A stretch of 64,000 nt of DNA from Octopus bimaculoides (taxonomy: Eukaryota): assembly GCF_001194135.2 (NCBI RefSeq), contig NC_068984.1, positions 65,944,306 to 66,008,305 of the forward strand, given 5' to 3'. The translations under genes and the position numbers were made by a program. This document shows, in pieces, positions 1 to 11,686 of this stretch. The notes below the pieces were generated by a model. It saw only the letters and a list, made by a program, of their open reading frames with translations, made no database searches and had not been told where the DNA came from. Within the stretch, counting starts at the first letter, position 1. Every line of letters begins with the position of its first letter.

Positions 1-2080
1 TAGATAATACAATCCTGAATATACAAAAAGATGTGATAGCCACAATTGGAAAGCATATATTCATAGGTCTAGCATTAAATGCCTGCATCAGCTGGTATTA
101 TTCCCTTTTTTGTTCTTTTACTTTGAGTCTCAAAGTATTTCATTCCTATGACTCAGTAACAGACCCATGCTTGAAACTTCAGTGACTCTTTTAACTGACC
201 CCTTCTCAAAAACTGATACTCAAACAAGAATAATAAAAGAAGTAAATGTCAATAAGTATGCGTTGAAATTTTGGCAAAGATGACGTTTTCATAACAATAT
301 TCCTTTGAAAACGCATTTTCAGATAAAGACTTTTCAAAATATATACCAGTTAGTTAATCTATGTTGAACAAAAGAACTTATCAAAGTAACTTATTTTCAT
401 ATATATTAATATATTTTCATGATCTACAAAGACAAATGACTAACTGTCATTTGCAACTTAATAATTAATGGACATTGGATAGATGCCGAAATGAAATATT
501 TTAACCAGGAAAAATAGTTCAATCTAAATCTAAGATCAAGATTGTTGTGAAAGTTTCTTTTTTAAAACATCCAATTTTTATTTCATAGAACATTGGTTCA
601 TTAATGCATTTCTGTTATTTTGGAACACAATAAATAGCACCATTTCTATGTTCACAATTTATCTGCTTTGGACCATAATTTAGTATATTGGGTTGTGACC
701 AAGATATAGATAAAGCAATGCTGTCAGAAACATACAGAAAAAAGAAAATTATGTAAATGATCGTTTAATCTTTTTTTTTGCCATCATTATGGTTAATTAT
801 CTTTCAATGATTCTATTATTACAGGAGATATTAGACAGCTTCATTGATATGCTTTAAAGAAACAATCAAACTATCAGTAAATTTCAGATACTGAGAAAAT
901 TTTGTTTCATAAAACATTTATTCTCAAACTTAATTACCAGAGAATATAATATTAACTCTTTGAACTCTAGCTTTCCTGTATGTAAAAGCTGAACCATCTT
1001 GACCCAAGCTATGGCATAGGACCTATTATCATTTATATTACTGCCACTTCTGTTTTGTAATCTTACTGCAAGTATCACTTCATTTTGGTGCAGTGTCACA
1101 AATAATCAGAAAATCATAAAACTTCAAGCTAGACATTACCTTACAACTAGCTTGAAAATTCAACTGTGAAACAATAAAGATTTTTTGCTAAAGTTAATAA
1201 ATAATGAATCACTAATTTTTCCAACAAGGGTTTCTAACATTATAACGTTGCTTCAGCATAAAATATCAAAGAGCTTTATATTCCAAATTAAATGATTGAC
1301 AGAAAATTTTAATTTTGAATTTTGATTTTGCTTTTAACCTCTGAGTTTTCAAACATTTTTTAGCAGCTTCAAAATTTTTAATTTATGTTTCATATTTCCC
1401 TCATGGAATCAATAAAGTTTTATCTCATTAGAAGTATATTATTCTAATACATTAAATATACATACAAATTTTAATTAATTTTTTTATTGATAACCTTCAT
1501 AAATTTATGACAAATACTTTTTATCCTATTCTTGATTGACAAGTTAATTTTATGTAATCATTCTAAAGGTTACATTAAACATGCTTTTAATGATAATAGT
1601 TAATATACATGACAACCAGCATTACCTAATTGCCCTGTCACATTTAAAGCAAGATTTCATTTATAGTTAAATGGTATTGATCAAAATTCTAAATTTAAAT
1701 AAAAAAATTATGAATAGAAGATGGTGATCATTATTAATATTTATGTTGTCACTATTCTCTCTTTTGTGACAGCCAATAATGTCAGTGTGGGAGGTTGTGA
1801 ACCAGGCAAGATGTTTTAAGTTTTATTTTAGATAATATATCGAGCTTCAATCCATTACAGAATCAATGTCACATTTTGTTTCCAGAGATAGATAAGATAA
1901 ACATCTCAGATATACAAGTACTAAATCATTAACATAATTTACATTATTTACATTTGACAGATATTTGTTCTCATATTGTTTGTTGCTAACACAACATTTC
2001 GGCTGATATACCCTCCAGCCTTCACCAGTTGTCTTGGGGAAATTTTGAACCTGGGTTCTCATTCTTAAGGTATTTTTCGA

Positions 2081-2081
<1 letters not shown>

Positions 2082-2131
<50 letters not shown>

Positions 2132-2156
2132 CATTATTATTATTATTATTATCATT
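2082..2156. repeat. (TAT)n microsatellite inside the composite element
   Basis: Direct reading. Confidence 0.97.
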
Positions 2157-2250
2157 CAGGTCACTGTTTGTAATTGAACTTGGAATCTTGAGGTTAGTAG
2201 CCTGTGCTCTTAACCATATGCCATATGCCCCAGGTTCGAAATTTCCCCAA

Positions 2251-2296
2251 GACACCTGATGAAGGCTGGAGGGTATATCAGCTGAAACATTGTGTA
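2251..2296 (+). ncRNA. Degenerate minimal type-I hammerhead ribozyme motif (probably inactive)
   Basis: GACAC-CTGATGA-A-GGCTG-loop-CAGCT-GAAAC-ATT-GTGTA. Mirror copy on the - strand at 1988-2033: GACAA-CTGGTGA-A-GGCTG..CAGCC-GAAAT-GTT-GTGTT. Confidence 0.6.
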
Positions 2297-2957
2297 AACA
2301 ACAAACAAGATGAGGACAAATATCCATCAAATGTAAAAAATGTACATAATTCCTCATCTCTTAAATATAGAACTGTATCATCAACATAATATTATAATTT
2401 ATAACTATTGTTCATAACAAGTATTTTTACAGTCACACTGTTTTCCATGCAGAACCTTTGTATAAATCTGAAGTCACGTGCTTACATCACAACTTCTTCT
2501 GCACTTCTATGCATGACATTCACTCCTGTGTATTAATGATGGAATAAGTTTTTTATGGATTCCACATTACAGCTTAACCTTCTTGATTTTCTTAAGAGTT
2601 AGACAAAAACTTTCAAAGAGTTTTTATTTTTATAATAATTAAGCTTTATTTTCTCTGATCACTTTTGCAGTTTCTTGCTTAGATTTTAGCAGAGGTTTCT
2701 CCAACACAAAATTTAACCTGAGACCAAGCATTTTGTTTTCTGTTCTTTCTAAAAGAACAGTGTTTCCCTCTATTAGCACTATTCAATGCAATATTTACCT
2801 ATTCATGCTTTTCCTTATTATCTATACATATTTTTCATCATTAAGCGTTCCATTTTTTGTTTCATTAAATGTACCTTTCATTGTCATCCCAACTCTGCTA
2901 TCATTGTGTCTTGTTGTGTATAACATATCACTTGTGTTTCAAGAAGTTTCCTCTAAA

Positions 2958-3177
2958 CCCTTTTGATGCCAATCCACCTGAGACTGACCCTGATTCTGTG
3001 ATACAAACTTCCTGTTTTAAAGTGATCTAAATTAAAAACTTTTATCAAAATTCCACATTAACTTATGCTCCAAACAGTAACTTGATAAAAACAAAGCTAT
3101 TTTACTAAAATCCTTTATTTTCTAAATTACCTGAAACAGAGGCAGTGCATTTTATCAGAAATATGGTACCAGAAGGG
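2958..3177. mobile_element. MITE with CCC...GGG ends and TTAA-like target (piggyBac-type non-autonomous)
   Basis: Left end taaa|CCCTTTTGATGCC and right end GGTACCAGAAGGG|ttaa. 10 of the 13 terminal bases are inverted-complementary. No ORF. Confidence 0.55.
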
Positions 3178-3560
3178 TTAATGATTCTATAAAATGCTTC
3201 TACAGCTGTTTCAGTGAATGACACTCACCACACCATCAACTACATTAATTTTTGTATAGTTAGTTATTTTCACTAAAGCTTTTCAACCAATTACATCTTC
3301 ACCAGAACCATTTGATTCCCATTTAAACTGAAATACATTGTCTTTATACAACTTGCTCATTTGCTTTTTATACATCTAAAGATCTCATTTGCTATCAACA
3401 ATCAAGTTATCTTAAAAACCTTCATTACACTCCCTAAGGATTGATTTTATATATTACAACACTTTTGTGGAGCACATTCTTGTCTGCCTATATTCATTAT
3501 CTTGACAACTGACTGGAAAATATAAATCTGTTATGGTCCTTACCTTATGTATCAAATGTT

Positions 3561-3907
3561 TCTGATTGGCACCCATGCTGGTGGCATGTAATAAGCACTA
3601 TTCCAGCATGGGTCAATGCCAGTGCTGCCTGATTGGCTCCCCAAGCTGGTTGCACATAAAAAGCACTATCCAAACATGGTCGATGCCAGTGCCACCTGAC
3701 TGACTCGCTTGCCGGTGGCACGTAAAAAGCACACACTACATTCTTGGAGTGGTTAGCAATAGGAAGGGCATCCAACTGTAGAAACCTTACCAGATCAGAT
3801 TGGAGCCTGGTGCAGCCTACTGGCTTGCCAGTCCTCACTCAAACTGTCCAATCTATGCCAGCATGGAAAACAGACATTAAACGATGATGATAATGATGAT
3901 GATGATG
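3561..3907 (+). mobile_element. RTE-type LINE 3' end (family C) with ~67-bp tandem subunits and (GAT)n tail
   Basis: Ends ...GGAAGGGCATCC...CCAGCATGGAAAACAGACATTAAACGATGATGAT. AAGCAC recurs at 3593, 3661 and 3728. Homologous to the copies at 11288, 37955 and 46339. Confidence 0.85.
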
Positions 3908-4879
3908 AAAATTGAAAGTATTAGCTTGTTTTCAATGTATAGAGTTTCACCCATGCTTCAATTTCATAAAGAGTTCACTTTGAAATAAAATACTTTCTCT
4001 CCCTCATTTCTGATTTCAAAAAATCTTTCAATAAATTTGTCTTCACTTCTGTCTGCCAGCTTACCCAACAGGATTTACTTGCTCAATGATTTATCAAAGA
4101 ACTCAAAAGCACCATTCCCCAACCTCATTTTCTGCATAATTCACATCTATTATTAATTTGTACCAATGATTTTTTTTCTTTTCATATCATCTACATCTAT
4201 CTTGACTAATTTTGATTTTGAAGTAACCCTTAACAAAATTGTTTTTTATGAATGCTATTTTGTAACTGAAGCTATTATAGATAGCGAGATGGAGATTGTT
4301 ATTATAGATGGAGATAGAGAGTATTTTTTACTTGTCTCATAATGAAGTATCTTACTACAATATTTTGCAAAAATTACCTGCTTTCATAATTTCTATGTAT
4401 TCTCTTTCCATGAATTTTTGGGAGAAGGCATTATCTTTCCTTCTATTCTACAGTATAATCAGAAGATTCTTGATTACATAAGGTATCATGACAGAAATTC
4501 TGTCTCAAAAGAGTTAATTACTGGCATGATCCTACATACCTTAATTTTAAAAAAAATATTCTTGGATATTTTCATTGATCATTCCTAAAGTCTTTAAAAT
4601 ATTTCTATATAATATTTTTTTCAGACTAATTGATTACTTCTTATATATTGACTTGTCAAAAGTTCACTTGCTTTTAATATGAAGTGAGTTATTGTCGAGT
4701 GAAATATTCATTTTCTTTAACTTTGTAAATATTTTCACGAAATAAAGTTTCATCTATTTTATAATGAATAGCAATAATGAGAAAGGCTTGTTCTTTAGCT
4801 TTTCTCCTCATTCTCCTGATTTATCAATTCTGTATCAAAACTGAGACTTTTACTGCTGTTCTCTGGGTTTGCTGTAAAC

Positions 4880-5088
4880 TTCAAATTTTGGCACAAAGCC
4901 AGCAACTTTGGGAGAGGGAGTAAGTGTATTACATCAACTCCAGTGCTCAATTAGTACTTATTTTTTCAACCTTGAAAGGATGAAAGGCAAAGCTGACCTC
5001 AACGGATTCTGAACTCAGAATGCAACAACAGAAAAATGCTGCAAAGCATTTTGCCTGGCATGCTAACAATTCTACCAGCTCACTGCCT
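4880..5088 (-). mobile_element. tRNA-derived SINE, family A
   Basis: Reverse complement of the family A copy at 37520 (A-box-like TGGTAGAAT, B-box-like GAGTTCAGAAT, GCTTTGCCTTTCATCCTTTC core). Confidence 0.85.
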
Positions 5089-5937
5089 TAACCATAAAAA
5101 TAGTATTGATGCATATAAGCATAATATACATCACTTTATTTTTGTATAGATTTATCTAGCTACCAAACCAATAAATATGTGCCCAGGGTATGTATTTAGA
5201 TGTAAATATACTCTATGTCTATTGTTTTGTATAAATGGATTTTATTTAAATGTTTAAGATAATACTTATCAAGTGTAGATATCATTGACCACTTTTAGTT
5301 CTTCTAATTTCATTGAATAGTTGACAGCTATGTTGGGAGATGTATGGCATTATTTTTACCTCAATAAATTCCACATAAAACCAGATTTTGAATACTTAAA
5401 TAATGATTGAAAGATATTTGAAAATGTACCAAATGACTTATAGTTTCTGCTAACAAATTTCATTGATGCAAAAAGAAAAAAAATTGTCTCACATTCAACA
5501 GGCATGGATTACATATGCAGCTTTCATTTAAGATATTCATTTCTTCAAAGACTAATATTCCTTTTCAATAGGTATCAGTTTTGGTATATTCTGTGATATT
5601 AGAAACTTGCCAAAACAAACTCAAATAATTCTAAAATCAGCTACAAACCCTAGAAATCATGTTAATAATTACGAAAACTATGACAATGTTTTTATATTTA
5701 ATATTCTAAATAAACAACCCTTGAATTCTTTTTTAATCCCCTCACATTATTTTCTAATTTTTAACACACTGTATCTGCAGCACATGCTGAAATTTATTAA
5801 CACTTGTTTTCAGGATTTGATAGCATTGTAGTCCTAACCATTATAGTTTCTTCAATGTTTATTTTACCTTTTCTCATTTTACATTTTCTTTGAAATATTT
5901 TCATTATAATATCTTTGTTGAAATACACAGCCTGTCA

Positions 5938-5996
5938 CTATTTTTATAAGAGATGAAGAATTATGTACATTATTTACATAATGTAAATAATGTGCA
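5938..5996 (-). mobile_element. Short 3'-terminal fragment of the Penelope-like tail family with a 16-bp inverted duplication
   Basis: The reverse complement of 5938-5979 (ATGTAAATAATGTACATAATTCTTCATCTCTTATAAAAATAG) closely matches 2331-2370 (ATGTAAAAAATGTACATAATTCCTCATCTCTTAAATATAG). 5964-5979 pairs with 5981-5996. Confidence 0.7.
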
Positions 5997-8684
5997 CAGT
6001 CTTTTGTTTTAATTCATTTTGAAAATAATAAAGAATTCTGTAAAATGACTTTCTCATTATTAAGCTAGTGTTTACTATATAAGTTAGCATGAAATTTTGA
6101 GGGAAGTTTTTATCTAGATTACTTTAAAATAAGAAATATGTATCATAGATCAAGCAGACTTAATGCATATCTTTCTACAGTCCTAGCAAATACGAAATAA
6201 AATTTGCATGGCTCTCTTCCAAACAATCAAATAATATATCTATGTACTAATAACACAGATCACATACTAAAATTTTTACTGATTGCACTAAATAACTTTC
6301 ATGAATATGTTTTTGATGGACAATAGAATTAATGTTGCTTATAAAATTTTCTTCAAAAATTAATGAAACAAATCACAGAACTCTATACATGTTTTAACAA
6401 GGCACTTTTGGTTTAATAGTATTGTATAAAGTTTAGTTTAAATCAAGAATTTAGTTTGCACTTTAAGTGTCTTCGTTTGGAGAGCAAATTTTATCTAACT
6501 GTTAACTAACATTGAGAGTTTAGATATATCTTTATAAAAACAACATTCTTTTATTATAAAATATACTTAAAATAATAATACTAGAATGAAACTTTTAGTA
6601 ATCATTATCTTAAATAATTCTTGATTAGTCGAAGATGAACTTTTGCTTTTGTAATGAACTACATTTTCTAATACTTTTGGTAAGATTGGAAATTGCATTT
6701 GTTTAATTCAGACATTTTAATGAATAAATCAAATTTTTCCTTTGTTATTAATAAAAACTGTTCTTTGCATAAAATGAAATAGATTTAATATATCATTTGA
6801 AAATTTGTTAAAGAAAATGTTTAAAGTAAATTGTAAAACAAAAAACAAAACGGAAAAATAATGTGCATTTGCTTGGATTCAATATTGTTGTTTGGCGAAA
6901 TGTGTTTAAAAGTTATTTAAAATAAAAATTATTCATTTGAAGTGGAAATTCAAAACAATGAAACTAAGAAGTGAAATGAAATATCTTACTACATCAGAAA
7001 TGTCAATGATGCCTAAAGTAAATTTTTAAAATGCCCAGCAGCATTTCGTGCTTCAGTTATTTTCCCCAAACTAAGAAAAATATCTATATATGCAAACACA
7101 CAAAAATTGTAAGAATTATTAAGAAATAAAACAGAATCAATAATTTAATTAAAGTTAAGTCCAATTTAATAACCATTTCTATTGTTCAGTAAAATTTACT
7201 TTTAAGGCATAATAGCTAAATTTGACAGGAAAGTATTGCATAAGTTATCCAATTAATTATCAAACCAAAGAATGAAAATAATGAAAGCCAACACAAATCC
7301 TAATATAATATCTCTATGTATGATGCAATTTCATTTTGCCCTGCTTGTTTATATGGACATTTATTGAAAAGTTCTGCAAATTTGAATATTAGCAAAATTT
7401 CTCTAAGTAGAAGGAAAGCAATTTGAAACATGTCTTAAAAGAAAGAACATTGCTTGTAGCTAAAAATTCTTGCTTGTCTCCTTTGGATATCAGATATTAT
7501 TTAATAACTGAGAAAAAAAATATTAATACATTCGATAAATTCTCAGCAAAAATAACATGCACCATAATTTGATTCCCTAATGTTTTTAAAAACTCATAAA
7601 AACATTTAAACTTGAACACAATCTATCAAATATTATTTCTTGCATATTTACATCCAGACTGTAACATCCATAAACAAATAAATCTAGCACTGACAAACAT
7701 ATAAAGGGTTTCATCTATGTACTAAATGAATGCAAAGAACTGAAGGTTTTTAAAGACTGTAAATATCTAGCACTTAGAATCAAAACTTCATTAATTAATA
7801 AATGCCATGTTGAAAAATTGTGGATTGTAAATAGATCACTTAAAATTAAATGTAGATCATCTAGTGGAAGCATAATGGATAGTTTATAACAGTTGCAGCT
7901 CTTTCAGACGATTTTAGCCTGTAATGAAACCAGTTAAACAGCATTACATGCTCACTAGCAAAACAAGATTATAGCGAAGAGATTAGTTCCCATCTGTGGC
8001 ACAACAGGGACTGTCTAAACCAGTGGCATGGTTGCTTCCTCACATGGATTAGTAGTACAGTAATATTATTGTGTTCACCAACCAATAAGCATTTAAGGAC
8101 TTCAACTTTGATTTACTGAATGAATGGATACAACCGGCAAAGAATCAGAGAAAATAAGAACAGAATTTCAAGGTAAACATTTTTAACCAGAAAAATTTAT
8201 ATTTTAATATTATTAGAACTAGTTGATCACGTGCCATCAGTAATGATGGCTAATTGTAGTATGTTATATATAAATAAGGTACATAATAATCACACATACA
8301 AACATTCACATACTTCCCTTGTACATGCACACACATACACACATGTATTCACACAGAGTTGAAATGCTGATATTTTTTCACCCCTTCCTTTCTCTCACTG
8401 CTATTACCTTCTCTCACTCCCTCTCAATCAGGGCTATTACTCTCACTACTTCTCCTTTACTGAATTACTATTTTGTCTTCTCCACATTGTGTGATTCTGG
8501 ACAAATATATAAGAACACTATGCGCATTATTATATTAGATTATAAGTAAAATACTAACCTTAATTCTACTTTCATTGCATGTACACACACATCAATACTC
8601 AGCATAAAGTCACACACTCACTGCCCTAATACTCCCACCCTTCTTAGTAATAGTAACTTTCCCCTTTTCTTTTTTTTCTCTCAT

Positions 8685-8856
8685 GCCACTGGTGCTGGCA
8701 TGAAGAAACGTATCCTACACACTGTGAGGTGGCTCATGTTACGAACAACATCTAGCCATAGATCTTAGCACAGCCCTACAGTTTGTCAAATCCTGCCAAA
8801 TTATCCAACACATACCAATATGGAAAACAGATATTAACTTATATGATGATGATGAT
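8685..8856 (+). mobile_element. Degenerate RTE-type 3' end (family C-related) with (GAT)n tail
   Basis: Ends TATCCAACACATACCAATATGGAAAACAGATATTAAC..ATGATGATGATGAT. Confidence 0.6.
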
Positions 8857-9208
8857 ATACAAATTTATGACCAATTCAAATGTGTTTCTGGGACATTTGA
8901 ACTTGTAAAGCTTTCCACTAGTTTGTCATGAAGATAAACATTCTTGATTAAGGCAGATGTTTTATAAAAATAAAAAAAAATAAAAAAAGGCTTCTGAAAA
9001 CAACTTTTATCCAACCCTGAAATTTCTACATTTTCTACATATATTTTATATTATGCAGATTTTCTGGGAAGGTTAATTCCATTATATATATTTCATGCAG
9101 ACTTCAGTTGCCTTGAGCATCTTATGTCTATGAGAAATATTTTTGCTAGTTGCTAACCCCTGGGAATGAATTGTATTCCACTTGTATGCATCTTAAGTAC
9201 TATATATC

Positions 9209-9212
<4 letters not shown>

Positions 9213-9291
<79 letters not shown>
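9213..9291. repeat. Compound (AG)n(TG)n microsatellite
   Basis: Direct reading. Confidence 0.97.
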
Positions 9292-10341
9292 ACAAACACA
9301 AAGGCTGAAGGGGAAAAGTGTGGGAGAAAAATAATACCACATTAGAATTGTGAACTATGGCAGAGCAAGAAGGAATAAAAAATAAAAAAAGAGGACACAT
9401 GACACTAGTCTTTACAAAATTCAATTAAAGGTTAAGATACATCAGAATTGTAGTACATTATGATGCTTGTAAGTGTAGTTCAAGGATAACATTGACAGGG
9501 GAAATGAATAAATAATCGCTATTCAATATTAATGAGACTAGTTCAGACAAACTCAAGAAGCAGTTGAGTTTTAGAGACTGTGAAAAAAGATAGACTAGGA
9601 AATACATGAAATGATAATGAGACAGGTTAATCCTCATAATTTGAAAAGTAATTATTTTCATGTTTGTCTTTCTTTTTTCTTTTTCTTCAGCTTTTTTTTG
9701 TTTTACTATGTAAAAGCAATACCTCAATCAAGTTATTGAAAAATGTATATATGTAATTTTTTAAGAGTATGCACTTGGAAAATTTAGATAATCATAGAGC
9801 TTTATTATTCTATAGAGTAATGTACAATTAGACAAAATTGTGCAAGTAGCAAACACTAAATATATTATATGGATTTAATGATTAAGCAAGTAGAATTAAC
9901 AAAGCTTTAAACATTTCCAAAGGAGGAAAGAGAGAAGTTAATGTCCATGGATAATGATAATGAAGACCAAAATATTAGTGATAATTGTAGCAGAAGTAAG
10001 CTTAAATAGACATGGAATAAAAAATAAATTCTAAAGTAATTTAGAATTTTCAAAGCTAAGAAAAGATGTTTAAAGAATTTGAAAGGAATTTGCCAGCTTT
10101 CAGTGACACCAGTGATTAGTCACTATCTCCCCATATATTGGTGGAGGAGAATTATGGTCAGCATGCAATGTTAGTGAATAGCTACTGCTGATGAGATGCA
10201 AAACATCCTGAAAGCACTTGATATAGCAGTAATAACACCAGTGCTGGGTCACTCACCTGGTATGAGACCTTCTTAAGACAAATACCAAATATTACAGCGC
10301 TCTTATAAACTATTCATCTAAAGTAGATTACAAAGACTGCA

Positions 10342-10374
<33 letters not shown>

Positions 10375-10437
10375 TATAGTTAGTTGCAAAGGAAACAAGT
10401 CAGGGACACCATGTTGCAGTAAGCACAATGAAAATTT

Positions 10438-11171
10438 GGATCTATTTTAAAACGGGGGCCACAGTTTTCATTAATGTTTTACGTAGTGTTTTTGGTGCCG
10501 AAAGACTTTCAAACTTCGTATACTTATCTATTTTGTGTTATAGAACAGAAAAATATTTTTGTATTCGAATTTATTTCATGTAAAAAATTGTCTTATCTCG
10601 ATAATTTCAACCAATCACTGACAAGTATTCAGTTGTTTACATTTACTCCTTTGGCTGATTAAGCAGTGTAAAGCGTATTTCATCTCCATAGCTTCGTTTT
10701 ATTTGCTTTTTTCATTTTCTTTTTTTTTTCTTCGTTTTATTTGCNNNNNNNNNNNNNNNNNNNNNNNNNNNNNNNNNNNNNNNNNNNNNNNNNNNNNNNN
10801 NNNNNNNNNNNNNNNNNNNNNNNNNNNNNNNNNNNNNNNNNNNNNNNNNNNNNNNNNNNNNNNNNNNNNNNNNNNNNNNNNNNNNNNNNNNNNNNNNNNN
10901 NNNNNNNNNNNNNNNNNNNNNNNNNNNNNNNNNNNNNNNNNNNNNNNNNNNNNNNNNNNNNNNNNNNNNNNNNNNNNNNNNNNNNNNNNNNNNNNNNNNN
11001 NNNNNNNNNNNNNNNNNNNNNNNNNNNNNNNNNNNNNNNNNNNNNNNNNNNNNNNNNNNNNNNNNNNNNNNNNNNNNNNNNNNNNNNNNNNNNNNNNNNN
11101 NNNNNNNNNNNNNNNNNNNNNNNNNNNNNNNNNNNNNNNNNNNNNNNNGCCCCCCGTTTTAAAATAGATCC
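10438..11171. mobile_element. Non-autonomous TIR DNA transposon with an 8-bp target-site duplication, interior partly in an N-gap
   Basis: GGATCTATTTTAAAACGGGGGC (10438-10459) versus GCCCCCCGTTTTAAAATAGATCC (11149-11171). GAAAATTT lies directly before (10430-10437) and after (11172-11179). Confidence 0.8.
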
Positions 11172-11287
11172 GAAAATTTTAACACTGAATAATAAATGAT
11201 TAAGTGAAGTTTACTGATTTTATGCCATTTTTGAATGGCAAAGATCTTTTCATGCAGTAATTGTTACACACACACACACACACACAC

Positions 11288-11686
11288 CATCATCATCATC
11301 ATCATCATCATTGTTTAACGTCCATTTTCCATGCTGGCATGGCTTGGACGGTTTGACTGGGGACTGGCAAGCTGGGAGGCCCCAACAGGCTACAATCTGA
11401 TCTGGCAATGTTTCTATAGCTGGATGCCCTTCCTAAAGCCAACCACTCCAAGAGTGTAGTGGGTGCTTTTCATGTGCCAATGGCACGGGAGCCAGTCAGG
11501 CGGTACTGGCATCAACCACGTTTGGATGGTGCTTTTTATGTGCCACCGGCACGGGGAGCCACTCAGGTGGCACTGGCAACGACACACGCATGAATGGTGC
11601 TTATTGCATGCCACCAGCATAAGAGCCAGTCAGGTAGCACTGGCATCAGCCACAACTACAATTTCCATTTGATTGTGATTTGATTT
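11288..11686 (-). mobile_element. RTE-type LINE 3' end (family C), three ~65-bp subunits
   Basis: (CAT)n, then TTTAACGTCCATTTTCCATGCTGGCATGG..GGATGCCCTTCCTAA, then GTGCC-NNN-GGCAC / GCCAGT-N8-ACTGGC units. Confidence 0.9.

Larger units (their letters stand above)
1934..2378 (-). mobile_element. Composite retroelement: tRNA-like head (2229-2157), (AAT)n, Penelope-like tail with hammerhead-like motif (2055-1934), plus an inverted copy of the tail (2229-2378, + strand)
   Basis: Arms 1934-2055 and 2229-2350 are ~120-bp inverted repeats. The minus-strand head GGCATATGGCATATGGTTAAGAGC...CCAAGTTCAATT has A/B-box-like motifs. The tail carries CTGATGAAGGCTG..CAGC(C/T)GAAA. The Penelope assignment is inferred from the hammerhead motif and inverted terminal arrangement. 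Confidence 0.7.

Noticed and set aside
884-1099. 71-aa minus-strand ORF with protein-like middle
   Set aside because: No recognisable family and no convincing donor site.
1804-1815. AGGCAAGATGTT equals the first 12 nt of miR-31
   Set aside because: The match stops there and no complementary arm or hairpin is present.
2486-2525. Minus-strand 40-nt exon-like piece (GVNVMHRSAEEVV), vaguely PDZ-like
   Set aside because: Too short, with a weak acceptor and no flanking exons completing a PDZ domain.
10183-10330. Plus-strand 78-nt exon-like frame (TADEMQNILKALD..) and an overlapping minus-strand CAG|gtgagt donor
   Set aside because: The plus acceptor lacks a pyrimidine tract, and the minus-strand 61-nt candidate has stops in all three frames.
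10692-10744. Duplicated CTTCGTTTTATTTGC just before a gap
   Set aside because: Its position at a contig end makes an assembly artefact likely.
11454-11660. Regularly spaced ~65-bp repeats with hairpins as a CRISPR-like array
   Set aside because: The whole unit is repeated with no unique spacers, it lies in a eukaryotic retroelement 3' end, and there are no cas genes.
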